From contig NC_069000.1 of the NCBI RefSeq assembly GCF_001194135.2, forward strand, positions 16,628,151 through 16,678,993: a stretch of 50,843 bases of DNA, in the 5' to 3' direction. Below, piece after piece: positions 36,446 through 48,975 of the stretch. Both the position numbers and the translations under genes were made by a program. Within the stretch, counting starts at the first letter, position 1; every line of letters begins with the position of its first letter. The notes beneath the pieces are model-generated. The model made no database searches and was not told the origin of the DNA. It saw only the letters and a list, made by a program, of their open reading frames with translations. Source of the DNA: Octopus bimaculoides. Lineage: Eukaryota.

Positions 36446-36760
36446 GCCCCTCTGTGTATGCAAATTCGTTCGTTAACCTCCTTGCAGTTATCTTGTACAA
36501 AATAATGACCATTTCCTATTCCTCTCAGCATTTCAGCCATCTTTCTGCGTTGAAACACAACCACTTCCTGCGTGCTGTTTAGTTTACCGTCACAGCCAAA
36601 ACAGCTACTTCCTGTCTACAATGTTAAGCTGCTGGCTGTATTTCATACTGCCATTCTATCTCCCTGAATGTTTGTGTTTTTTTTTTTCATATTTTTCTTC
36701 TCTTCTCTGCCTTATTCTATCAGTAGCAATTCATGTATTCTTTCGCATTCCTCAATGGCT

Positions 36761-36767
36761 TCTTCTT

Positions 36768-36798
<31 letters not shown>

Positions 36799-36895
36799 TT
36801 CTTCTTCTTCTTCTTCTTCTTCTTCTTCTTCTTCTTCTTCTTCTTCTTCTTCTTCTTCTTCTTCTTCTTCTTCTTCTTCTTCTTCTTCTTCTTTC
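36761..36895. repeat. (CTT)n microsatellite, nearly pure
   Basis: Direct reading; explains the poly-S/L/F/K ORFs. Confidence 0.97.
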
Positions 36896-37049
36896 TCCTC
36901 AATTTAAAAAAAAAATTCTTTCTCTGTAAATCCCTACACTTTATGCCTGTCTTTATATCGCCTCCCACCATCCCTTATTTGTTGCCCATCACCTACTTGT
37001 ATTCATTGCCTTTCCTTCTCTTCATCCACATACTTCCCCCACAATCACC

Positions 37050-37142
37050 ACCACCACCATCACCACCACCATCACCACTACCACTACCATCACCACCACC
37101 ACCACGAGCGCTACTACTACTACTACTACTACTACTACTATT
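37050..37142. repeat. (CAC)n then (CTA)n microsatellite
   Basis: Direct reading. Confidence 0.9.
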
Positions 37143-38046
37143 CCTACTTGCACCCATTCCATTTTCTATTCACTGACAGTGTGCATCCCTATAATTTTAT
37201 TACTAGTACCTATAACACGCAAGTGAAGCTGCTGTTCTGATTCTAAGTTTAAATAAGATATTTTCTTGTTTACTCTTTTACAGCTGTTTCAAGTTACCGA
37301 AATGAGAAAAACATAAGCAAAACAAAAAGAAAAAAAAACAAAAGATCAACGAAAAATTCCTCAGATTTTAGCATATAGTACATATAATAATAACAGGAAA
37401 TGAAATTTTGAAAGAAAGTCAAAGTCAATCGAAAGTACTCCAAGTCTCACCCCACATAAAAACGAGAAAGAAGCAAATAGCATTTTATAAAGCGAACTTT
37501 AAAAAGTCTTCTCAGCATACGCAGAATCACACACACAATCAGGATCATACATATGTTTTAATTGTTGTCTCATATGTTGATATTTGATAGTTCAAAATAG
37601 CATTCTGTATATCGAACTTAATATATATTCTGTAAAATACATTATGTATGTAATGTATGTATGTATGTATGTATGTATGTATGTATCTAAAGTGTTAAAG
37701 TGCTTTTGAAAGCCATTCCTATTTGGAAGCACATGAGTGAAAACAGAGCCAAAATCTATGACAGTAGTTTGCACTTTTATTATTTGAATACTTCTTTCGT
37801 AAAATGCGTTTAACAAAGAGAAAAACTATCTTTTCTCCTCTCTATCTTTCGTTCTGACTCTCTCTCTCTCTCTATTTAATTTTGTATGTGTTGGTGTATA
37901 TAAGTAGTATCTGTAAATATATATATAGATAGACATATGTGCGTGTGCGTGTGTGTTAGTGTGTGTGTGTGCGTCCTTGTGTGCGTAAACAGTTACAAAC
38001 ACTCACAAACACATCACACACTCATACACACACTCACAAACACACA

Positions 38047-38095
<49 letters not shown>

Positions 38096-40085
38096 TTTGC
38101 TTTATTCATTGTTTTATAACGAGCAGGAAATTAGTTGTCCCAATTATGTATATGTCCAATTTTGCTTGCAGTTACGTTTATAGTCAATGAAATCAACACT
38201 TTCGCTGTGTATTTGTACATATAATTACTTGCCTTCTAGTGACAAATAGGAACGTGTCAACCGTTAGAAAGTTAGAGGAAAATCTAGTACCTGAAAGACA
38301 TTTAGTTTTGCTCTCTACTACGTCAATCCAACTGCTAACAAATCACTGGTTTTATTGTCGATGTAGAGACGATCAGTAAAATAGACAGTCGCTTGATTTT
38401 AAATTCGGAATTTTGATGGATGGATGAAGCCAAATACTGAAATTCCATTTTTTTTTTTACCACCATCTGTTGCAAGACAAATCCACATTTTCGTTCTCGA
38501 AAGCCAGCGGTCCTCAACATTTTTGACACCATGGTGTATTGAAAATTAAACAAAAATTACTGACGCCCATCGCATGGAAAGTCAGAAATTACTGTAGCTC
38601 TTCGCATAAACATTTTTTTAAAATAACGTTTTAAAGCTTAGAAAAATATATAACAAACTATCGATTATTCTAAACCTGCATATCATCAAGATACTTCTTC
38701 CTTTGCACCGTTTGTGCCACTTCACCTTCGCTTTAGGTATTGAGCTGCATGTGTCTCAGCTGGGCATGATATGAGACTCAGCACTCGAATAGCGAAGCCA
38801 AATATTTGCAATTCCACAGTTTGTTTGCTATTTTTTTTTTTTTTGCCACCAAGTGTCACAAAACTTACCTACACCTTCTTTCCTCTAGACCAGTGGTTTT
38901 TAAAAACTTTTTGACATCATAGTCTACTAAAGAGCAAACAAAATCACTGATGCATATTATATGGCAAGTTAAGCTTTGCATGGATTTTTTTTAAAGAATG
39001 TTCTAAAGTTTAAAAATTTATATATAGAAAACTATTACTTACTTTGTTAAAAACTACTAAACCCTGTTGCTTACTTTGAACAGAAGACAATATTTAATAG
39101 CACGCTCTCCAATGAGCTGAAGTATTACATGGATTTTCTAAAAGCTTAAATTACGTTCTTAAAAAAAAAAAGCCCGCTTTTCACCTAAATATCTCTTGCT
39201 TCTCACCGTTGACAACCACTTCTCCACTATTGCAAGTATTGACTTGCTGATGTCTCAGTTGGGTCTAAGATGCATCAATATGGTCTGTCTAGAGGTGTGG
39301 CTTGAAAAGGTCCTGAGTTCTTTTTTTTTTTCATTCCAGACTAACTTATTGACAGAAATTCAGTTTAGTGTTCGATTGTATTAGTTCATGTATCATGGTT
39401 TAATCAATATATTACTGATTCTTATGTTATTGGTAATAGAGGAAAATCAAAAGTAAATACGGTAGAGTTTGAAGCCACAAAAATTGAAAAAGGCCGAAAT
39501 AAAATGTCAGGAAGCATTTAGTCCAGAGTTCTGATGTGTCTATCAACACATCGTCGTTTTAAACCAGTATTTTATTGGTTTTTGATCAACACCAGACATA
39601 TGGGACACAAAGGTGAGCCATGATGTATTTGAACTGAAAGAAACGAAATATTTTTCAAATTCTCCACTGCTTCTGCCAATTAATCAAATTACAGCTTATT
39701 TAATTAAATAATTAATTCATTAATTAATTCAATTAACTATATCAATTAGTTTTGAAAGAAACAGATAGAAATCGCAGCCGGCTGAATCTACATTTTGTCA
39801 GAATTTACGTCAGAAAGTCGAGACTTTGAACTCTACCACCGACCTGGCGCCGTGTGAATGACCAGGAGTGCATTTTACTACATAGGTATCACATCCCACC
39901 TAGCTGTAAGGAGGATAACCACTGCAGCAGTATAGTTAGTGCAGCCATATAATCATCATAATCACCACCATCACCCCAACTGCCAGCAGCAGTTCCAATC
40001 GTTGATATATTGCTTGTCATTGATAGAAGTGAGATTCCTTTATAACTTCCATAATATGTTTTGTATTCTTTCTCGAAAATGTAAC

Positions 40086-40280
40086 AATCCTTTCTACTAT
40101 AGGCACAAGGCCTGAAATTTGGGGAGAGGGGTTAAGTCGACAACATTGTCCCCAGTGCTTGACTGGTTCTTATTTTCTCGAACCCGAAAGGATAAAAGAC
40201 AAAATCGACTTCGGCGGAACATAAAGACGGACGAAATACCGCTAAGCATTTGCCCGACGTGCAAATGAATCTGTCATCTC
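40086..40280 (-). mobile_element. SINE family B with alternative 3' tail
   Basis: Core matches 26217-26371 (GAAAGGATAAAAGACAAAATCGACTTCGGCGGAA...GACGAAATACCGCTAAGCATTT); tail on minus ...CCCCAAATTTCAGGCCTTGTGCCTATAGTAGAAAGGATT. Confidence 0.8.
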
Positions 40281-40379
40281 GATCTGTACATTCTGGAAGC
40301 ATGAGCCTTATTCTCATGTTTTATCAACAGTTATGTGTAGGCTGTCACCAATGTTAAACATCCTCTATATTTCAGATTT

Positions 40380-41390
40380 CAGCAAGAATTCTTTTCCCAT
40401 CAAATATCTGCAATACATTTGAAAGGTGATTACTTTAGCAATTCTTTTATTGTGAGTATCTCGTCTAGTTTTGAACTGACGGAGCCTGGTTGGATGCTAG
40501 TAAGCACGACATGTTATGTATCTATCACCAGATGCATTGAGCAGTTTTTGAAAGAGTTCATTCCATGCGTCCAATAATCTTTTATTGACTAACAATACTT
40601 TATTTTCATCAATTGATTTTACGGTGACAGAGCTCTTTCTTCTGCGGTTTTCAGAATTCTTTGAGTTCTTTATAAACACCCTTCGCGTAATTTGATTGTG
40701 GCGCATTACAGATATCTTGCTCTGCTCCCATCACATCAACTTCGAAGCTTTCTGTGGTTTTTGTAGCTATCTGCAAGTATCTGTGTAAGCTATCCTGATC
40801 GATTTACTTTTAGTTTCACTGTTTGGTACATATGCATATCTGATTTCTTTACTGCAGTAGACTTTTGGGGTCAGAGTGATTAGTGGTAAATCCATATTCA
40901 CATTTCCGGTCACGCTTGCCAAGCAGTTTTAGCCTTGTCGCACACAACTTGTCGAATGCATGACCATTGCTTGTCGATCACCAAATTCTCTTGTACATCA
41001 TACTGCGTAAATATTTCTTTCATCTCTTTTATATTGTATTCTAAAAAGTGATATGGCTTTTTCTCTCTGTCTAAGCTTGACAAACTTGTCAGGCTACTTG
41101 TCTGTTGTACTTTTGGAGTATGTTGAAACTGATCTTCATCTTAATAGCAGACGCGTTCCATCGTCATTTTTCTACCAATTATCGACGCAAACGTCTCAGT
41201 AAGCTGTTTTAGCCCTGTGTTCTTCGTTATGGTGAATTTAGATCCTTATTCTTTTCATTCAATTTTCTGTGGGATATTTATGTGAATGCGACATTTCTCT
41301 AGATTCATTGTTAGTTGTGCAGGGTGATGTATTTTAAGGCTTTTTATCCCAATACGGTCGCGTAGTGTCTTAACATTCCATTGAGCTTTA
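40380..41390 (-). mobile_element. Highly decayed RTE-like LINE fragment (APE N-terminus and linker)
   Basis: Minus strand begins QWNVKTLRDR (WNVRTL-type APE motif); later VYKELKEF and VKSIDENKVLLVNKRLLDAWNELFQKLLN (W..HF..LLN-like linker), then LDEILTIKEL; many stops. Confidence 0.55.
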
Positions 41391-42124
41391 GTTAATGTTC
41401 TTCTGATTCCTAACTCATTTCTCACTGTTGGAAATAGCTCTAATTAGCCCTAATAGCGCAGTGCTATGGTTAGTGACCCGAATGTTAACTGGGCAGGTAC
41501 GAAGGTATGAGTGTGTGTGCGTGTGTATAGGTGCAAAATATATCTGCTTGTTTTCTTATTTGCGTGCATGTACGAATGTATGTATGTATGTATGTATGTA
41601 TGTATGTATGTATGTGTGTATGTATGTATGTATGTATGCGCTCATTACATATAGCAGAATTTTTTGTTTGATGATGAGTCTTATCACTATTAATATTTTG
41701 AGTTTCTCATTTCATTATGTTTTTTTTTTTTTGTGATTGCAGAACAGATTTGAGTTGAAATGTTCATATGGGCCTGTCTAAACTAGGTGTTACAGGTGTT
41801 CACAAGTATACTGCACACCAGTAAAGATTATTTCACGTTAAGATAAATAGTCGAGCAGAAATTACGTCGGATTACTTGCCGAGAAACAGTGAGTAAGAGT
41901 GAGAGAGAGAGAAAGAGAAAGAGAGAGAGAAAGAGAGAAAAAGATAGGCAGACAGACAGATATCCACATGTACAGATAGTGAACGCCCGCTATAGAGAAC
42001 GATGGAGGTTGTTCATATACTGTGATGAGGGGTTCCTTGTATTCGTATAAGATACAGGGATATTTGTGTCTGGAGAAGGTGCTTCGAATAAGGCCCAGTG
42101 TCTCTCTATGCTTGTAGAGGTGCC

Positions 42125-42342
42125 TGTCTTACTGGTTAGGGTGTTGGACTCATGATCGTAAGATTGTGGTTTCGATTCCTGGACTGGACAACGCGTTGTG
42201 TTCTTGAGCAAAACATTGCACTTCATGTTGCTCCAGTTCACTCAGTTGGCAAAAGTGAATAATTCATATGCCATGGAAACAGACGAATCGGCCCTTATGA
42301 GTCGGTATGACTCGGAAAGGAAAACTTTACTTTTACTTTTCT
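42125..42342 (+). mobile_element. SINE family C with RTE-type 3' tail
   Basis: tRNA-like head (GGTTAGGGTGTTGGACTCATGATCG...GTTTCGATTCCTGG), core GTTGTGTTCTTGAGCAAAACA...TTGCTCCAGTTCACTCAG, tail ATGAGTCGGTATGACTCG hairpin then ACTTT repeats. Confidence 0.78.
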
Positions 42343-42699
42343 CTCTGTGCTTATTGTGACGTTGAAGAGTGCCTTTCCTTTACATTAATTCATTCAAAAG
42401 AGAGTTTCCACTTTTCGTTTGCTTTATTCATAGCTTTAGATCTTCAACAATGTTTTCGTGGTATCCCCTAGGAGCAAGTTTCAATTGTTTTGTAGGAGAT
42501 ATGCCTAAATATAACAAATATTTTTCTCTTTTTCCTCGAATAATAATTTCAGTAATTGCTTTCCTTTCTTCTATTTTTCAGCCATCATGTTAAAGAGCAA
42601 CAGCAAATGTGCCTGTGTTTTTATCGTTGTCGTTTTTTTACATTATTAATTTCGGATTTATTGTGGACAATACTATCCTCATCAGTGTTACTGTCGTAG

Positions 42700-42734
<35 letters not shown>

Positions 42735-43302
42735 GCTGCTGCTAATGATGTTACTGTTGTTTTCACAAGTGCCTACATGAATGCCCGTATGTTTTCAATT
42801 TCTTTTAACATTTTTGTATTGACATTCTTCTTGTTACGGTTATTGCTGGAATTATTAATGTTACTAATGTTATTTTGGCAAATGTTCACAGTACACAATT
42901 TTTTTTTTTTTTTGGCTTTGTTTCGTTCTCTATTTTCTTTCCTCTCTCTCGTGGAAGAGAAATTTGTCTGGTACTATTTTGAGAAACAACCCGCCCCACC
43001 ATCACCACTGTTGCCGAGGGAAAAGAATTTCTACCCTGAAGGAACAATAAATAAAAAATACATAAATAGCTACCCCTAAATAGGTAAGCTATTTCCCTGT
43101 TAAGCTCTGCTTCTTTTTTCCCTTCATTCGTGTCACTGTAATGAAATAAAAATCAACAAATCTAACCTTCGTCAGAGAAAGCAAATATTAAAACAAGTTA
43201 AAACAGAATTTATATCGCAACATACCACCTAACAAAAACAACAGACAAGAACAAAAATAACCACTAGCACCACCTCAAAAACCAACAACAACAATAATAA
43301 TA

Positions 43303-43492
43303 ATGGTTTCTGATTTAAGCAGAAAGCCAACACTTTGTAATGGCTGGTCTGTTTGTCGGTACCATCGAGCCCGGTGTTTTGGTTGACTCTTTACTTTATC
43401 GACTCTCGGAGGGATTTGAACCCAGAATTTAAACATTTGAAGCTAAATACCGTAAGACATTTTGTCCCACATTCAAACGATGCTTCCTAACC
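43303..43492 (-). mobile_element. Decayed SINE family B copy
   Basis: TTTACTTTATCGACTCTCGGAGGGATTTGAACCCAGAA...AAATACCGTAAGACATTTTGTCC resembles the 26143 and 40086 copies. Confidence 0.6.
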
Positions 43493-43494
43493 GA

Positions 43495-43513
43495 AATAAT
43501 AATAATAATGATG

Positions 43514-43585
<72 letters not shown>

Positions 43586-43696
43586 GCTTATTATATGAGT
43601 GCTTAAATCTGTTTGGAATTGCAAAGAATGTAACGTGTTTCCTGAAGTTAAGTATGGAGGGGTGGAAAACTGAACTGAAGAAGCTCGAGCACCTTG

Positions 43697-43765
<69 letters not shown>
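43495..43765 (+). mobile_element. (TAA)n array interrupted by a ~113-bp R4/Dong-like RT fragment (43585-43697)
   Basis: Insert reads SLLYECLNLFGIAKNVTCFLKLSMEGWKTEL, matching the 'ECL..FGIA.NV..FL..SM..WKTEL' segment recalled from R4-clade RTs; pure TAA on both sides. Confidence 0.7.
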
Positions 43766-43766
<1 letters not shown>

Positions 43767-44165
43767 TCTTTGTGCTATAGGCATAACGCCTGAAATTTGG
43801 GGGAAGCGGTCTAGTCGATTACTGCTGGCTTTTGAATGCACTCATCTGAAGACGTGCAGGTGCACAGCTTTTGTTGCATCATATTAATGCAATAATATGA
43901 ATAATGTGTGAAACTCTCAGCAATTACCAGCTGATGTTAATACACGGAAACAATTGCAGTGGTTTGCATTAAGACTTGTCCATTTCTTCTTCTTGTATAA
44001 TAATATTTTTTGTAAAAATATATATATATGCCTTTAAAAGAACATACATATAAATATATTATTAGATATTAGATAATAAAACGCATGATTTATACCTGGT
44101 AGTGATTAATAGAAACCCTCGTACCTTCCAGCTTCCGTCTTTCACTAACCAGATATATATGAATA

Positions 44166-44172
44166 CATGTGT

Positions 44173-44247
<75 letters not shown>
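44166..44247. repeat. (GT)n microsatellite
   Basis: Direct reading. Confidence 0.95.
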
Positions 44248-44248
<1 letters not shown>

Positions 44249-44660
44249 AAATAATTAGTTAATTAGTTTACCAGTGAGTTACCACACGAAACAGTTCTAC
44301 AATGGTTAATTATAAATCCTGCTGTCTATAAACATGATCAACAAATCTACCCAGTTATTTGTTGAGAGTAAAGACAAAAGACTTAAACAGTTCCCATTAC
44401 CATCATTCTGGTATTTTTGGAAAGAAAAAGTGGTTGCTGTGTACTCTAGTTTCTTACTGGTCTTTATCTATAAGGCGTCTTATTATTGTATTACCAACAT
44501 AACGAAATATGCTGACATTTGTATACATAAAGACCCTGACATTTTCAAATTGACAAAAAACTATTCCCCAGTGTTCTCCATGTGTAGATTCTTCAGAGTA
44601 GAGAATGTTGGATTCTTTAGCTGATTTTTTTTCCTTATGAATTACTTTCTCAGATATGTA

Positions 44661-45320
44661 TACGTAGTATAGTCAAAAAGTATCCGACCTTTGGCTAAAA
44701 AACAAGTAATATCAAAAGACTAACCAATTTGATCTAGTCTCCTTCAAAGTATTTGCCTTGGGAGTCTACACACCTCTGCTAATGTTCCTGCCACTACTGG
44801 AAACATTTCTGGAAATCATTTTTTGGGCTGCTGTAGAGCTGTGCCGTCGAATTTTGACTCAAATCTTCTCCCTTTGAGTGCATTTTTTTTTAGTTTTGGA
44901 AATAGCCAAGAGTCACACGGAGCCAAATCTGGAGAATAGGAAGCCTAACGAACAAGTGGTGTGTTTTACTTGATGAGGAATGCTTGGATGACGTAGGTGA
45001 CATGAAATGACTTAACTGCCCCATGGCTGATTTCAACTTCAGCAACCATCTCCCCAACAGTTACAAGATAGTCCTCATAGACTATTCTTCGAACCTTTGC
45101 ATTCGTTTCATCTCTTCTGTTCGTCGATGGTCTGTCACAACGTGGCTCACTGTCCACTGAGGTGCAGCCATCTTTGAACCTGTGGACCCACTCCTTTATT
45201 TGTGATTTCCTATAGTATCGTCTCCAAAGACCTTCTGAATCTTCTCACTAGTCTGGGCGTGCGTATCCCCAAGTTTTTGACATAATTTGACAGTATCTTT
45301 GCTCAATGCGCTCGGTCATC
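44661..45320 (-). mobile_element. Internally deleted mariner element
   Basis: Minus strand: KEWVHRFKDGCTSVDSEPRCDRPST...KVRRIVYED..VTVGEMVAEVEIS joined almost directly to YSPDLAPCDSWLFPKLK; TIR-like TACG...GTCAAAAAGTATCCGAC at 44661. Confidence 0.85.
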
Positions 45321-45359
45321 TTGACTCAAGAAGAAAAGTCGTACAGCACATTCTTCTCG

Positions 45360-45572
45360 TCTGTTCCAGTTCCAGTTGATCCGATCGACGGAAAAACCTG
45401 CTCGTGAAATTAATGTGCAAGTGGCTGAGCTCTCCACAGGTACTACTCATTTTTTGCCAGCTGAGTGGACTGGAGCAACGTGAGATAAAGTGTGTTGCGC
45501 AACGCACAACGCATCACCGGGAATTGAACTCACAACCTTACGATCGTGAGCCGAAAACCCTAACCGATTTGG
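45360..45572 (-). mobile_element. SINE family C with a third type of tail
   Basis: Plus strand CTCATTTTTTGCCAGCTGAGTGGACTGGAGCAACGTGAGATAAAGTG...GGAATTGAACTCACAACCTTACGATCGTGAG is the reverse complement of the family C core and head. Confidence 0.75.
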
Positions 45573-45954
45573 CTAGAAAGTGGCGACAGTCGACTTCAAT
45601 AGGGAATGAGATCATATGCCATTCTTTGACAAGTACCTCGTCGATCAAGACATGATGTTTTGTTTCCTTTAACTATTGAGAAATATTTGAATAACTAGAT
45701 TGCATTAGGTTTCAATAGTTCTAGCAACTGAACTATTTCCTCTGTGAATTACTGTATAAGAAGCTGAGTATTCCTGAGACACGCCTACCCTTAACATTAT
45801 GATTATCTTCAAGCAAAATCAGCGTGATACAATATATGACAAGACTGGACTTTTCCTTTATAGTCACAATCCATCGGATGAGCATCCGAACAGTTTCTTT
45901 CTACTAACTTCATTTGACTCAAGGCTTGCGTAACCTAAAGCTGTAGTAAAAAGT

Positions 45955-46035
45955 ACTTGTACAGGACATCCTGCAGTGGAATCGTGCTCGAGTTTCGTGA
46001 TTGCGAAGCGAACTTGCTAACCATTAGGTCATGTC
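45955..46035 (-). mobile_element. Decayed SINE head fragment, family A-like
   Basis: CAGTGGAATCGTGCTCGAGTTTCGTGATTGCGAAGCGAACTTGCTAACCA parallels CAGTGGGACTGAATCTGGAACCATGTAGTTGGGAAGCAAGCTTCTTGCCA at 20635-20683. Confidence 0.45.
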
Positions 46036-46049
46036 TCGATCTCTTTATA

Positions 46050-46080
46050 TACATATACATACATACACACACATACACAC

Positions 46081-46113
<33 letters not shown>

Positions 46114-46114
46114 C

Positions 46115-46158
<44 letters not shown>

Positions 46159-46649
46159 TCACACACATGCTCACACGAACAAACATATGCATATGTACAT
46201 TTATTCTAACATACACAACGATATATATGTGTGTATGTATATGTGTATGCAGGTATCGCCGTATATTTGTATTAAGAAATATACTCACTCACAAAAAAAC
46301 GCATACATATATTTACACATATGCGTGGGTGCGAGCTGCTTTTTGTGTTTGTATATACGTGATGTGTGTACATATGCATCTGTGTGTGTATACGTATGTA
46401 TGTATGTGTGCATGTGTGTGTGTGTTTGTGTGTGCGTGTGTATGTGTGTGTGTGAGCGTGTCGGTTTGGCTGTCTGTTTAAGCGATTGAAGAGAATTTTA
46501 AATTCATAATATTAAACAGACTCAATTAGGGACGATGAAATAAGTTACAACAGTAAACCAAATCCACAATGAATAATTAATTTGTACACAAAATTATAAC
46601 CCGAATTTAGAATTTTTTAATAAGATAAACAAACAATATGCACACATAC

Positions 46650-46701
<52 letters not shown>

Positions 46702-46895
46702 NNNNNNNNNNNNNNNNNNNNNNNNNNNNNNNNNNNNNNNNNNNNNNNNNNNNNNNNNNNNNNNNNNNNNNNNNNNNNNNNNNNNNNNNNNNNNNNNNNN
46801 NNNNNNNNNNNNNNNNNNNNNNNNNNNNNNNNNNNNNNNNNNNNNNNNNNNNNNNNNNNNNNNNNNNNNNGAGGAGGAGGAGGAGGAGGAGGAGG
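46050..46895. repeat. CATA/TA/GT/CA/GAG microsatellite zone with an assembly gap at 46702-46870
   Basis: Direct reading. Confidence 0.85.
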
Positions 46896-48844
46896 AAGAG
46901 GAGAGCAGAATAGAAAGATAGACAGGAAGATATCCACGATGGTATAAGTTTAACTCACCTCCACACACTGTACAATGAAATATTAGTGATTGTGTTAATG
47001 GGTGGTTGGATGATGTTGTTGTGGTTGTTGTTGGTATTGTTATCTAACTCCAGCTTAGCCCTGACCACGTAGATAGATCTGCGACAAACGACATTTTTGT
47101 TATTTTCTTAAAGAAGGCATGTTGCACTTTAAAATAAAATTTGGCTGTTATTTCTAGTAGACTGTTGGTTGTTTGGTCACATGACATTGATTGATTGCTT
47201 GGTTATTTGTTTGGTCGAAAATGGTAATGAATTTGTTGTGTCGTTCTTGATGGTCAAGTTTAGCGCGAAGGCATAATCGAGAAGGACTGTAGCCATCATT
47301 ACACTGTCAAAAGTTTCATTCTTTCATTTCATTTTTAAGACGATACTGTGTGATTTGAAGGTGAGTTCGTTGGCATCTTGAGCAGATCAAGCGACCACAT
47401 AAGAAACTGTTTCCTTGGCTTGCGTCTTTAATGTTAGAGGAACAAATTTAAGGAACTCAAAGCTTCTTGTGGTTAATCAGGCCAGGCCTATTAATTATGA
47501 TGAGGGTATCAACAGAATTTTGATCCGGCGCATCAAAAAACTCTTGCTATGGCACTAATCTTTTAGTTACATATACAATGTACAATTGAAATCACTTGCT
47601 GAATCCTTGGTTGTCGAAATGATTGACACTTACCATTTGCGATGTCTTCTTTGCATAGTGACAGAAATAAATAAATTCATTGTATTTTTTGTTTTTAAGT
47701 TGCATTCTTTATTTTTCGTAATGATGGTCATATGTGATAAATTATAACTGAACAGTAATGTAGATTTACAATCTATAAATAGATTCCTTTTTACCGATAT
47801 AGAAGTGAAAAAGACTCGTTTCAAACTCATACAAGCTTTCTTGACACTTAAGCTATAATTAATTTTATATCATACATCCGGAACTGTCGTGTCCTTGCTA
47901 ACGAGGATCAAGTTAGCTTATTAAAAACACCTTGTGCAAATATTTTTCCCCTTAAAGTATGTTTATTACAAGTTTAAATTAATTAAGATTTCAGTGTTGT
48001 CAACCGTTTACATATTTTGAAATACGGAGTTGTCTCCTTTTTCCGCCTTGAGCAGTTTCAGGCATTGTTCCAATGTTTATTTCTCCTCAGTGTTGAAAAA
48101 CGCTTGATTATCTACATTACTCTTGCTCGACAAATGATTTGAGATAGCGCTAACATAGATCCTAAGCACTTTCTTTGGAATCTCGTCAACATCAAAAGGG
48201 CAACTGTGTGTGTAAGTGTGTATATGTGCAAGTATTTGGAATCAGTCCAAGAGTAGATCTGTATGTTTTGTTTTATGTTGGTGTACTTCTACATATAGTT
48301 GCATGTCTAGACGCGTGCATATGTACTTATATGCGAAACTTTTGGGAAATTTTACATATTCTGACAGATAACTACAAGGAAAATGCATTTTATAGTTGCG
48401 GTTTCTTTTATAACTTCAGCTAAAAATAGTCGGTTTAAGTTTTACGAGTTTGTTTAACTAGTTATTCAAACTATGTTACATTTGGTTTTGTCGTGTCTTT
48501 GCATGATCAATAGAAGTTTCAGACGAAAATGACTGCGGTCTTGAAACAAAAAAAGGTTCCTTCAGTTAATACATCTGAAGATTAACCAGTTTTTCAAGAT
48601 GACGCATAGTTGTAGTTTTAAAGTCAGTGATAGTTTCCATCGTATTTTCGATCTCTAGTCTCCTACGACAAATATGCGACTTGTCGCTTTGTATGTAATT
48701 CCAGTTGCACCATACATCACACGTATGTAACTTTTAATATGAAAACATTTCAGCAGACGTTCAAGGAACCAAATATAACATATTATATGCTTTGTTGTTT
48801 CAAGCTTTCATGATTCCCCGTAAAGATAAACAGAATTTTAGCGA

Positions 48845-48975
<131 letters not shown>

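Noticed and set aside
36621-37176. Poly-L/S/F/K/P ORFs, and similar poly-K/R at 8317-8610, poly-I at 18719-19127 and poly-N/I at 43462-43887
   Set aside because: Translations of CTT, GAA and TTA microsatellites, not proteins; only the 43585-43697 insert has real motifs.
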